Source of the DNA: Mobula hypostoma
Lineage: Eukaryota
Assembly: GCF_963921235.1 (NCBI RefSeq)
Contig: NC_086097.1
Location: 245,646,001-245,710,000 of the forward strand
Reading direction: 5' to 3'
Length of the DNA: 64,000 nt
The notes under the pieces are model-generated. The model made no database searches, had not been told where the DNA came from, and worked only from the letters and a program-made list of their open reading frames with translations. This document shows positions 38,076-51,168 of this stretch, piece after piece; the first letter of the stretch is position 1; every line of letters starts with the position of its first letter. Position numbers and translations under genes: made by a program.

Positions 38076-40269
38076 CAAGGCGTGAGTTCTGTGGTCTCTG
38101 ACCTCCGTGTACAGCTTTGGTCACCATGGTGCAAGAAAGGTGGGGTTCATCAAGATATTGTTCTGAATGGAAATTCGGAGCTTGAAGGGAAAATTAGATG
38201 AGTTATTTTCTTCAGAACAGAAGAAGATAAGGGAAAACTGAATCAAGATATCTAAAATTATTCTGATTCAGATTATGAGGAGTTTACTTAGTATGTATTT
38301 TGAATATATCTAAATCTTTTGAATATATCTCTATTAGCAGAGAGCACAAAAATAGTCATAGAACACTACAGCACACAAGCGGGACCATGTTGACCTGGTC
38401 TTCTGCCTAGTCCCATCAACCTGCACTGGGGCCATTGCTCTCCAAAAACCTCCCATTCATGTACCTATCCAAAACTGTCTTTAATGTTAAAACTGCACCG
38501 CATCTACCACTTTTACTGGCAGCTTGTTCCACACTCTCCCCACCTTCTGAGCAAAGGGGTCCCTCCTCAAATTCCTTTTAAATAGTTCACCTTTCACCCT
38601 TAACCTATGACTCCTAGTCCTAGTCTCATCTGAACTGAGGGAAAACAGCCTGCATGCACTCACCCTCTCTAAACCCCTCGTAATTTTGTACGGCTCCATA
38701 AGATCAACCTCATTCTCCTGTGCTCCAGGGAATTAAAAAGACTGAATATTTGAGGCAGTTGGTCGCGGGCTTAATGGGAAGATGAGGAATGGAATTTCAC
38801 CCAGAAGATGGAGGAGCCTGTTAACTTGCTGTATGAAAGGATGTTAGAAGCAGAATCTGCCTTCACTGTGTAGTTAAAAAGCAGAGTTATGAATCTATTG
38901 CCAGAGGGTGGGATGAGGCTGTGTATATCCTTAATGATTGGTTTCAGCACAGTGGGCCGAATGCCTGCTGCAGCATGAGTTTTTGACAGTCTCAATGCCT
39001 CATTCTGATTATTACATTTTTTTTGCACAATGTGTATTTGACGGTGTTTTTTAATGGGTCCTGTTGGGTTTCTTTGTTTTTGTGGCTGCCTGTAAGAAGG
39101 TTAATTTCAAGGTTGCTTCAATAATAAATGTACTTTGAACTCTGATTGACCGGTGTAAAGCACAGTTACGTGCCTTGTTCATGCAGGCCTCTGTGAGCAA
39201 CATGGTGTTTCTGTGTTCGTTTTTATTTTGGATGCGTATCCGAGCTGTTGGCTTCTGTTTACACAAAGTGTTTTGATGATCTTATTGGCAGAGTCACCTT
39301 CCAGAATCTTCGCTGCTGTAGGAAAACTTCGCCAAGAACCTTCATGGTCATGGATAAGACCATGATGGCCCACACCATACAACACAGCACATAACGATGA
39401 TGATAATAGTGGTAGAGGCAGATACATGAGGGGCTTTTAAGAAGCTCTTAGATAGGCACTTAGATGTGTTGGATCTTGATTTTTTGAGATCAAAGTTCTC
39501 AGTTCAAAGTATGTATATTATCAAAGAATGTATAAATAATATAACCTTCAGATTCGTCTTAAAAGCAGCCACAAAACAAAGAAACACAAAAGAACCCATT
39601 AAAAAAGGACTGGCAAGCGCCCAATGTGCTGAGAGAAAATAAAACATACATGGTGCCAGTAATAAAAGCAAGGAGCAGCATTCGGGACTAAAGTGAGTTC
39701 CAGAGGCAGGAAGCCCGAAGCAGCCCGAGCAGGACGCAGCCTCAGTTCATCACACGGTGGGGCAAATCATGGTGAAGTCACAGACCAGAAGCCCGGAGCG
39801 GGACACAGCCTCAGTGCCATGGAGAGTGGCGCGAAGGTCGTGGAGCAAGAGAGCAGAACCTCACCTCCGGTCGAAGGTTCCTCAGAAATCAAAAATGAGG
39901 CATAAAACTTGTTGCTTCTGATAGTTTATAAAGTGTTACAAGAATAAAATGAGGAAAGGGAAGAGTCTGGTGGCAAGGGAGGGGAGACAGACAAAGGCAC
40001 TGAGCAAGAGACTGACCTAATGTGGTTTGGTCCTCTTATACCAGTTTGCTTATTCCATTGAATTTCCACAGATAACCATTAACATTGAGATAAGTAATCT
40101 TCAGGTAATGTGGTATCCGCCCCTAAAACCAGGAAGTTTCCAGAAAAGTACAGAGGAACTGTAACCACTAGAAAACCCACGGAACAATTACATACGTAGG
40201 TAATTATATAAAAATACAAACAAGTAATACAAAACCGAGCCCCCACCTTCCCTGAATAACTAACCCTCC

Positions 40270-40460
40270 CCCTCCTCTGGTGCTACCAATTCTCCTCCCC
40301 CGCTTTGATCCCAGCTCTAATCCCTGCCGTGTCTTCACCATTCCCACTGATCTTCCACTCTCTGAGGCAGAATGTTCTGTCCTCAGCAAGGGCCTTTTCT
40401 TTGTCCCCCTTTGCCCGCACCTCAGTGAGTTTCATGCCCCCTCCATGACATTGAACTCTT
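40270..40460 (+). mobile_element. Penelope-like ORF N-terminal fragment
   Basis: PCRVFTIPTDLPLSEAECSVLSKGLFFVP (LS..E..VL.KGL.F.P motif). Confidence 0.75.
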
Positions 40461-41051
40461 TTTTTTCATCACCTCTGTCTTCAAGCCCATCCATGGACAA
40501 ACAAATTTCATTCAGAATTGATTGTTGATTATCAAATATATATAAAAATCTATATGGATGAAAGAATCACTCAAAAATTGCTGGAGGAACTCAGCGGGTC
40601 AGGTAGCATCTATGAAAAGGAATAAACAGTCGCCATTTTAGGCTGAGACTCTTTTTCAGAACTCTGATAAATGTCGGCTGTATCTTCCCCCTTCATAGAT
40701 GCTGCCTGACTTGCTGAGTTCCTCCGGCATTTCTGAGTGATGGGGATCCTTAATGGTGGATGCCGCCTTTTTGAAGCATTGCCTTTTGAAGATGTGTCCT
40801 CGATGCTAGTGGCCATGATGGCGCTGTCTGATTGGTTGTGTATATGATTTTGCTGTGTTCTGGGACGAGGTACTCTGTGCAATCCACTAGATGGACTCGG
40901 CTTGACTATCGCTGATGCGTAGGAGGTGTTTATTTCCTCAATTATAAAGATCAGTTAGTAACTACTTTAGATTCCATACCCATGAGCCTCACTTGGCAGT
41001 GAAGAGGAATGAGTCTGATAACTCCTTGGCTTTGCATCTCTGTGACAGTAG

Positions 41052-41626
41052 CAGACATCCCACCCTGCAAAAACTCATTTCAGGGAGGTAGCACCATCAA
41101 TTTGCAGGAGACTCCCGGAACTTCCGGGAGAGGTGGGATGTCTGCAATAGAGTAGCTCCTTAGCAGCTAGCCAGCTAGTTTAAATAACGTTAGCTATGCT
41201 AATGAACGAATGACACTTGTTAAACTCACCTCAACACGTCTTTTACAGTCTTAACCCACCATGGGCAATAGAAAAGTCACTGTTGCAAACAGTGCAGCGA
41301 GCAGCACTGTCATTATTTTTATTCCTATTAGGCAGGGGTACACTTTAGTGTAGTCTGGGGTGACATACATTTTATATATTTTTTGGAGCACTCTGCCATG
41401 GTGTGCTCTCGCGCTCTCTCTCTCTAGTGGTCGCTCTCACTTGCTTTCTCGCTCACGCTCTCTCTCTCTCTCTCATGGTCACTCTTGCTCTCTGTCTTGC
41501 TCTCTCTCGCTCGCTCGCTCTTAAAAAAATTGATTTCCGTGATATTGTATATAATTTGCGGGCATCAGGGAGCCACTATTAATATGCGGGAGACTCCTGG
41601 AACTTCCGGGAGAGGTGGGATGTCTG
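41052..41626. mobile_element. Non-autonomous DNA transposon (hAT-like) with a duplicated right end
   Basis: Perfect 13-bp TIR CAGACATCCCACC (41052-41064) and GGTGGGATGTCTG (41614-41626), plus an internal right-end copy at 41132-41144. Confidence 0.75.
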
Positions 41627-42919
41627 CACTAGAGTTTGAGGCCTAGTGTTCATGGTTCTATCGTTGGCAAGTCTGGGGTCTGAGGCCTAGTGCTAGGTGA
41701 GCAACATGTCCTGATCGATGCCGAGGATCGACGCCCAAGGGTTGAATCAGAATTCCAGAAGTCAAGGCCTATTGGTGGGAACTGAGTCTGCGAATCCACT
41801 TGGACTGTGGAAGACCACTGTCAGCAGGCCCGAGTTCAAGTCCTCTGGAGGTCAAAGAAGACGGCCTGTCCTGGGGTTAAAGGATAGTATATGTGCTTGG
41901 GTGGGAGGGAGGAATAGGGGTTTGTTTGGTTGTTTATTATGTTCTTCTGCCGAGCATTGCGGGAATGCTATTTTAGTTCTGGAATGTGTAACAACATCTG
42001 TCGGTTGTGTTGGTTGTTAGCGTAAACAACGTATTTCACAGTATATTTTAATGTACATGTGATAAATAGATGAATCTGAAAATTGGATTCGAGGATGGTT
42101 TCTCTTTCAAACTCTGTCAATAACGTAACATAACACAAACATCTTGAATACCATTGTTGCTTGTGTTGTTCTGTGAGTATTGTGGGCATGGTATGTTGGC
42201 GTCGATGTGAGGCTCTGTTGGCTGTTAATGCAAACAGCACATTTCCCTGTATGTTTGGATGTACACATGATAAGTAAACTTCAATCTTCAGTGAAAATCA
42301 CGAACAGGACATTATCCTGAGCCAGTTATTTATTTAGCAATACAGCGCTGAGTTGGCACCTCTGGCCCCTCGGCCCACACTGCCCTGCAAACTCTGACAA
42401 ACCGGACCTGGTTCACAGTAGCTTAATCACCGGATAAATTACAGTGACACTCGGCCGGCTGGCCCCCGGCTCATCCTCAAACTGACGCCAACAACGCACT
42501 TCGTCGAACGTTTCAATGTACACGTGACAAATAAAGCTGATCTTTTCTCTCTTACAAGAGAGCAAGCAGGACCGCATTTAGCTTGGAATTTGTCATCGTC
42601 ATACTCGATTCTGCTTTGCAAAGTTGTGGTCTCTCTGAAAGGACCACTATCGCCTGCAATAAAAATCTTACACTGCGTTCCCATAGTCTCTGCTGCCTGC
42701 ATTAACAAGCACAGGATGATTGATGGCAATGTCATCTTAGCAAAGTAACAATTGTCATACAATGGTAGGCTTAAGGAAGATAATAGAACAGTGAACGAGA
42801 GCGCAGCAGATAGGAAATACAGGTTACAGACAGAAGGAGATAAATTTATTATATTAGACTTCAGTAACAGATTTATAGCAAACAATAGGTCAGTGCTTAC
42901 AAATATTTAAGTGCACATA

Positions 42920-43770
42920 CAGTAATGTGCTAAAGTCATGCACCCTAGATTTTTATGTGGTTTCAACTGGTATAGCCTCCACAGAGTCCTGATCTCAACA
43001 TCTTCGAGGCTGTCTGTGATTACCTGGAGAGACAGAAGCAAACGAGACAGCCAAAGTCTGTGGAAGATGTGTAGCTCAGATGGTTGATGGTTGGGTTGAG
43101 TTGTTCTCTGATTTTGGCAATTTACTGGCAAACGTTTCTTCAGCATGCAAGGAGACATCATCAGTGTGCTGATAATTCTGGTGCGTCCTGCGAATGCTTG
43201 GCCTTTATATGGTTATCAATCAGCTGATTGAATTAAATTGACTTTATTTCTTATATCCTTCACATACATGAGGAGTAAAAATCTTTACGTTACTAAATGT
43301 GTAATGTGCGATTTATAATAAATAGTTTGTACAACAGGACAGTCACTATAACATAGAAATACAATTGTATCAGCTTGAATTAATCAGTCTGATGGCCTGG
43401 TGGAAGAAGCTGTCCCGGAGCCTGTTGGTCCTGGCTTTTATATTGCGGTACCGTTTCCCGGATGGTAGCAGATCGAACAGTTTGTGGTTGAGGTGACTCT
43501 GGTCCCCAATAATCCCTTGGACCCTTTTTACGCACAGATTGGTCATCTGTAGCAAGTCCTTCAAGATGCTTGGAACAACCTACCAGCTGATTTTCTTATC
43601 AAACTGCACGACAGTGTACCTGAGAGAACTGATGCAGTTTTAAAGGCAGAGTGATCACACTAAATATTGATTTGATTCAGTTTTTTACTGTGTACTGCTC
43701 TTTATAGTAATTTTTTTAATATTTAGAGACTTTTCATTATTTTGAAAGCATTTTCGCTTTACAGAATTTG
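42920..43770 (+). mobile_element. Internally deleted Tc1-like element carrying nested insertions (43076-43547)
   Basis: TA plus left TIR cagtaatgtgctaaagtc. PPQSPDLNIFEAVCDYLERQK transposase remnant. Same family as 21110-21449. Confidence 0.8.
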
Positions 43771-44315
43771 TCAGTCCTGTATATTTAACCATTTCATGGT
43801 TTGCTGCATCTCTAATGCGCCGGTTACATTTATTGAAGAGCTGCTGATTTAATGTCATTAAAATTGATTAACAAATGCCATCAATGTGCAATTGAGTCAA
43901 GTGGCTGTGATACAGCACAAAGCTGATGTCACATCCAGCCATGCCTATGGTAATGAAATACGTGCTGAAATATATTCATGACTCTGTTGTTAGAAGATCA
44001 ATTGACATGCTGTTCGATTTGTTGCACTTGCCATTCAGAGAGTATAACAGAAGGAATTGTCAGTTGATTAATGGCTATGCATCTTCCGTGGTCTCCACCA
44101 ACCCTACCCTGGCCAACAGGCTGGTTAGTCCTATAGAGGAGAAGGGCTCCCACAACCTAAGCAATGCTCATCTCATGAAGAGGTGGGTATCTTCAGAAAG
44201 CCAAAGGATTAGTCAAAGTTAAAGTAACTTTGTTAACAAAGTACATATATATCACCATATACAACTTTCAGATTCATTTTCTCGCAGCTATTTGTATGGA
44301 AATAAATAGTAAACG

Positions 44316-44867
44316 TTTCCCATTCCCATTCCGACATGTCAATCCACGGTCTGCTCTACTGCCTCTCTCAGGTCAGAGTTATATTACCTCATATTTCATT
44401 TGAGCAGCTTCCAACCTGACGACATGAACACAGACTCCTCTAACTTCAGGTAATTTTCTCCCCTCCCCCCGCCCTCTCTTTTTCCATTCCCCATTCTAGC
44501 TCCCCTCTCACCTCTTCGCTTCTGCTCACCAGCCCATTACCTCCCTCTGGCGCCCCTCCTCTTTCCATTCCTCCCACGGTCCACTCTCCTCTCCTACCAG
44601 ATTCCTTCTTCTTCAGCCCTTTATGTCTTCCACCCATCACCTCCCAGCTTCTCACTTCATCCCCCTCCCTCATTCACCTACCTTCCTCCTCACCTGGTCT
44701 CACCTATCACCTGCCAGCTTTGTATTCCTTCCCCTTCCCCACCCCCAACAACTTCTTACTGTGGCTTCTTCCCCCTTCCTTTCCACTCCTGATGAAGGAC
44801 CTCGGCCCAAAACATCGACCGTTAATTCCTCTCCATAGATGCTGCCTGACCTGCCGAGTTCCTCCAG

Positions 44868-44927
<60 letters not shown>

Positions 44928-44938
44928 TGCTCTGGATC
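44316..44938 (+). mobile_element. Penelope-like 3' fragment with an expanded (GT)n tract
   Basis: SHSHSDMSIHGLLYC remnant, pyrimidine-rich 3' UTR and the shared terminus with a degenerate hammerhead motif. Confidence 0.85.
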
Positions 44939-45012
44939 ACGGAAATGTTATATGATTATGCAGTATCTTTCAATGATAATAGAAGTAATATTAAGTAATC
45001 TGGAAAATCTAC

Positions 45013-45246
45013 TGGTTCTGTTTTGTAACTTCAAAACATTGAGCTAATTCAAACGGAGGCACGGGAGTCCGAAATATGAGTCCAACTACGAGTTTACTTG
45101 AAGCAAGGTGAACACGTATCCCGTGGCAGTGTAATGATGTATGTAATTTACATTTAACCCATAATGAATTATTTAAATGAACAGGAATGCTTAATCAACC
45201 AATACATAAATACAAGATTCCTCAAACATTACTTGAACACACAACA
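45013..45246. mobile_element. Short solo LTR candidate
   Basis: TG...CA termini with 4-bp TSD CTAC at 45009-45012 and 45247-45250. Confidence 0.55.
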
Positions 45247-45374
45247 CTACTAGTACGTACTACTAGTCCCCAAAATTATCAGCTTTACAAATGGACAAGT
45301 AGCACTTTGATGAAGGCAGCAGGAATTTAGACAAATAGAATAAGAATCAGGTTTATTATCGCTGGCAGACAGTA

Positions 45375-46132
45375 CACTCAGTGGCCACTTTATTAGGTAC
45401 ACCTCTTGGTAATGCAAATATCTGATTAGCCAATCATGTAGCAGCAACTCAACGCAGAAAAGCATGCAGACATGGTCAAGAGATTAGGTTGTTGTTCAGA
45501 CCAGACATCAGAATGGAGAAGAAATGTGATATAAGTGAGTTTGACCATGGAATGATTGTTGGTGTCAGTCAGGGTGGTTTGAGCATTTCAGAAACTGCAA
45601 ATGTCCTGGGATTTTCACACACACAACAGTCTCTAAGCGTTTACAGAGAATGGCGCGAAAAATGAAAAACAAATCTGGTGGGTGGCAGTTCAGTGGGCGA
45701 AAACGCCTTGCTAATGAGAGAGGTCAGAGGAGAATGGCCAGACTGGCTGAAGCTTACAGGAAGACGACATAACTCAAATAACCACGTGTTACAACAGTGA
45801 TGTGCAGAAGAGCTTCTCTGAGTGCACATTACATAGATAGATAGATAGATATACCTTATTAATCCTGAGGGAAAATTTGGTTTCGTTACAGCCGCACCAA
45901 CCAAGAATAGAGCGTAAATATAGCAATACAGAAACCACCAACAATCAAACAACAAAGTGCAAACTATGCCAGATGGAAAATAAGTCCAGGACCAGTCTAT
46001 CAGCTCAGGGTGTCTGACCCTCCACGGGAGGAGCTTGAAGTGGATAGGCTACAGCAGTGGAAGACCATGAATATACACGTAGTGGCCACTTTATCGGGTA
46101 CAGGAAGTTGCTAATAAAATGGTTACTGACTG
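45375..46132 (+). mobile_element. Tc1-like non-autonomous element with an insertion at about 45831-46035; second copy at 55024-55565
   Basis: TA flanks and TIR cactcagtggccactttattagg. N-terminal HTH remnant MEKKCDISEFDHGMIVGV..GLSISETANVLGFS. Confidence 0.85.
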
Positions 46133-49100
46133 TACAGTCCAATACATAATAAAAAAATAAGAAAATAAAAATAATTAATAGAGAAAATATGAAAATAAAT
46201 AAAAATAAGAAGAAAATAAAAGTAAATTAATAAAATAGTTACACTAAGAAATATTTAAAAATGCCGTAAATAGTGCAAAGAGAGCAAATTAGTGCGGTAC
46301 TGTTTCATGTTTATGGAGGCTGCCTGGGAATTAGGATTCAGATTCAGATTCATTTATTTGTCACATATACATGGAAACATACAGTGAAATGCATCATTTG
46401 TGTTAACAATTAACACAACTTAAGATGTGCTAGGGGCAGCCCGTAAGTATCGCCACACATAAGTGCAATTACAAAGAAATCAGAACATCCTTAGAAGTTT
46501 GCAAAGATTCAGCACGACATCTAATACTTTCACAAAACTTCTATAGGTGTGTGGTGGAGAGGATATTGACTGGCTGTATTACAGCCTGGTATGGAAACAC
46601 CAATACCCTTGGATGAAAAATCTTACAAAAATTAATGGATACGGCCCAGTTCATCACGGGTAAAGCCCTCCACACTATTGAACACTCCACACGAAACGAA
46701 CTTGCAGGAAAGCAGCATCCATCATCAGGAACCCCTACCACCCAGATCGTGGTCTCTTCTTGGTGTTGCCATCAGGAAAGTGGTGTAGGAACCTCAGGAC
46801 TCACACCACCAGTTTTAGGAACAGTTAATACCCCTCAGCCATCAGACTCCTGAACCAGAGGGGATAACTTCACTCGACTTCACTGGCCTCATCACTGAAC
46901 TCTTCCCACAAACTATGGACTGACTTTCAAAGACTCTTCACCTCACATTCTCCATATTTATTGCTTATTTATTTATTTATTATTCCTTTTTTTTAAAAAA
47001 AATTCAGCTCAAGCTGGTAAAACCTGAGGTACGGTCATAACCAAGCACACTCATTTCTCAACTTCCAACTATTCTAGTGATTTAAGTATTGTGGAAATCT
47101 GAAAATTTACATAAATATTGCTGAGTAGGCCTAACTGTGTAATGCTGTTGTGTAGTGATTGGGATGCTACCAGGTGCTGATATTTTTTTTTGTATTTGCA
47201 GAGTTTGTTGCCTTTAACACACTGGTTGTCCGTCCCTGTTGGCTTGGTCTTTCATTGTTTCTATTATGGTTACTGGATTTATTGAGTCTGCCCACAAGAA
47301 AATGAATATAGGGTTGTATATGGTGACGTACATATACTTTAATAATAGTTACTTCGCGCATTCCAGCACTAACATCACATGCCCACTGTGTTCAGCAGAA
47401 CAAAATGCGTAACAAGACAACAGCAACAAAACAACAAAGGCTAAACAAGCTCCCTTCTCCTTCCCCCCCCGCCCAGCCACCCACCCACGCAGACACACAT
47501 ACACGCACGTACACACAGTCCTGTAATCCCAGTGTAGGCCACCTCCAGGCCTCCCGGGGCTTAGGGTAACTGTTAAAACGATTGTTGTCGTAGGAGTAAG
47601 AAAACTGTCTTAGTTCCTCAGCGACAAATAAACTGCGGCAGGTGCGTGTTCTGCTGAATCACTCCGCGGAGTTTCTCTTGCCAGGATCCACTTTGGTCAC
47701 TTTATAATTTCCTGTCAGGGTCGCCTCATGTAAGGTACTCCTGCACCTAGCACCGCTTTATGTACATACAACCAATCTATGCACATAAGCTAATCTCATT
47801 TAAATATGGCCACGCTCAAGTAGTTACTTGTACGTTGTGTTTCATAGAATTGATTTCATATTTATATTTATTGTATACTTTATCTTATTGTGTTTTTTAA
47901 GCCTCATTGGATCCGGAGTAACACTCATTTTATTCTCCCTTACAATTGATACCGAAGGATGGCTATAAACAATCCTGATTCTTGAATGAAGCTCCCGACT
48001 GAATATTAAATTAATAATTTCGAGAAATAACAAAAATATTTGATAAAGATACAGTGGGCACATACCTAAATTATATTTTCCAATTAGAGCACAAGTACTG
48101 TAGTTCAGGCTTAACACTAAGAATTGGGCCATTCGGCCCATCATACCTGTTCCTCCATTCTATCATGGCTGATTTACTATCTCTTTCAACCCTCTTTTCC
48201 TGCCTTCTCCCTGTAACTCTTGACACCCTCCTGTCACTAAGTAGATCATCAGGTTCTTCCTCCTCCCCTCCACCCCCCCCCATGACATTTACCGGGATTG
48301 TTGCAGACGAAGGACCCAAAGCATTGTTGAGGATCCCAACCACCCATCCCACAATCTCTCTGACCCACTATCTCAGGAAGGAGGTACAGGATCATCTGGA
48401 CTAGGACTGCCAGACTGGGTGACATCTTCTTCCCTCAGGCCGTGAGATTAATGAACACTCTGCCACCACCAAGCTCTCATCACCAGGGCAGCGAGCTGTT
48501 TATGGTTTACCTGCACACAACATACCTTTTTGAATTATATTTTATAGACTTATTCACAGATAGATAGATACTTTATTGATCCCAAAGGAAATTGCAGTGT
48601 CACAGTAGCATTACAAGTGCACAGATATAAATATTAGATGTGAAGTACGAAGAATAAAAATAAGTTAGCACAAACAGGAGGGGGTCATCACTTCCCTGGC
48701 TATAGTTTGACTCATGCGAGACCCTAATGGCAAAGGGTAAGAATGAACTCATATTGTGCTCTTTGGAGCAGCGCAGTTGTTTTAGTCTATTTGGCTCCTC
48801 TGCTCAGCAAGGTGGCATGCAGAGGGTGAGAAACACTGTCCAGAATTGCCAGGATTTTCAGTGGGGACCTTTGTTCTACCACAGCCTCCAGTGTGTCCAG
48901 TTTGACTCCTATAACAGAGCCAGCCTTCCTAATCAGTTTATTGAGCCTGTTGGCATCACCCGTGTTGATACCATTGCCCCAGCACACCACCGCATAGATT
49001 CATAGAAGATTGTACTGGCGACAACAAACTGGTAGAACATGTGAAGGAGAGGCCTGCGTACTCCAAAGGACCCCAGTCTCCTCAGGAAAAAGAACAAGTA

Positions 49101-49195
49101 CTTCCTCAGGAAGTAAAATATTATAGTATAATATTTTGTCTTATGTGTTATATGTTATGTGGGTGCACCGTTGTCAGAGAAACATTGTTTTATTT

Positions 49196-50682
49196 GAAAC
49201 ATAAAAACATAGAAAAACTACAGCACAATACAGGCCCTTCGGCCCACAAAGCTGTGCTGAACATGTCCTTACCTTAGAACTACCGAGGCTTACCCAGAGC
49301 CCTCTATTTTTCTAAGCTCCATGTACCCATCCAGGAGTCTCTTAAAAGACCCTATTGTTTCCGCCTCTGCCGGCAGCCCATTCCACGCACTCACCACTCT
49401 CTGTGTAAAAAACTTACCCTTGACATCTCCTCTGTACCTACTCCCAAGCACCTTAAAACTATGCCCCTACATGCTAGCTATTTCAGCCCTGGGAAAAAGC
49501 CTCTGACTATCCACAGGATCAATGCCCCTCATTATCTTGTACACCTCTATCAGGTCACCTCTCATCCTCCGCTGCTCCAAGGAGAAAAGGCTGAGTTCAT
49601 TCACCCATTCTCATTAGGCATGCTCCCCAATCCAGGCAATAATCTTGTAAATCTCCTCTGCACCCTTTCTATGGTTTCCATGTCCTTCCTGTAGTGAGGC
49701 AACCAGAACTGAGCACAGTTCTCCAAGTGGGGTCTGACCAGGGTCCTATATAGCTACAACATTACCTCTCGGCTCTTAAACTCAATCCCACGATTGATGA
49801 AGGCCAATGCATCGTATGCCTCCTTAACCACAGAATCAACCTGCGTAGCAGCTTCGAATGTCCTATGGACACCGAGATCCCTCTGATCCTCCACACTGCC
49901 AAGAGTCTTACCATTAATACTATATTCTGCCATCGTATTTGACCTACCAAAATGAACCACCTCACACTTACCTGGGTTGAACTCCATCTGCCATTTCTCA
50001 GCCCAGTTTTGCATCCTATCAATGTCCCGCTGTAACCTCTGACCTCCATACTATCTACAACATCCCCAACCTTTGTGTCATCAGCAAATTTACAAACCCA
50101 TCCCTCCACTTTCTCATCCAGGTCATTTATAAAAATCACAAAGAGTAGGGGTCCCTGTGGCACACCACTGGTCACCGACCTCCATGCAGAATATGACCCA
50201 TCTACAACCACTCTTTGCCTTCTGTGGGCAAGCCAGTTCTGGATCCACAAAGCAATGTCCCCTTGGATCCCATGCCTCCTTACTTTCTCAATAAGCTTTG
50301 CATGGGGTACCTTATCAAATGCCTTGCTGAAATCCATATACACTACATCTACTGCTCTACCTTCATTAATGTGTTTAGTCACATCCTCAAAAAATTCAAT
50401 CAGGCTTGTAAGGCACAACCTGCCTTTGACAAAGCCATGCTGACTATTCCTAATCATATTATGCCTCTCCAAATGTTCATAAATCCTGCCTCTCAGGATC
50501 TTCTCCATCGACTTACCAACCACTGAGGTAAGACTCACTGGTCTATAATTTCCTGGGCTACCTCTACTCCCTTTCTTGAATAAGGGTAGAACATCCGCAA
50601 CCCTCCAATCCTCCAGGACCTCTCCCATCCTCATTGATGATGCAAAGATCATCGCAGAGGCTCAGCAATCTCCTCCCTCGCT
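49196..50682 (-). mobile_element. CR1 ORF2 3' half with frameshifts
   Basis: ORF 49762-50652 ([26 protein letters not shown]) and a CR1-type tail. Confidence 0.92.
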
Positions 50683-50853
50683 TTGGTTGTATACATGGAC
50701 AGTCAAATGGCAATAAACTTAAACTTGAACAATCGACCTCCGTGTTAGATACATCCAACGGCTTGGCATCCACAGCCGTCCATAAAGTCCTTTCTTTTCA
50801 CTCTGCAACTTTTCATAGAACTGTGCACATTCACTTATTTCACTGTCGCTGCT

Positions 50854-51168
50854 ACAGCCTCAGACGGGAGTGGTTTTTGAGGGATTTTACAGCCTCAAAC
50901 AGGAGTGATTTTTGAGGGATTTTACAGCCTCAGACAGGAGTGATTTTTGAGGGATTTTACAGCCTCAAACAGGAGTGGTTTTTGAGGGATTTTACAGCCT
51001 CAGACAGGAGTGATTTTTGAGGGATTTTACAGCCTCAGACAGGAGTGGTTTTTGAGGGATTTTACAGCCTCAGACAGGAGTGATTTTTGAGGGATTTTAC
51101 AGCCTCAAACAGGAGTGTTTTTTGAGGGATTTTACAGCCTCAGACAGGAGTGGTTTTCGAGGGACTTT
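50854..51168. repeat. 35-bp minisatellite, 9 copies (ACAGCCTCARACAGGAGTGRTTTTTGAGGGATTTT)
   Basis: Units start at 50854, 50889, 50924, 50959, 50994, 51029, 51064, 51099 and 51134. Confidence 0.97.

Noticed and set aside
50854..51168. 35-bp periodic array as a CRISPR-like locus
   Set aside because: Units are head-to-tail with no unique spacers, in a eukaryotic context with no cas genes.
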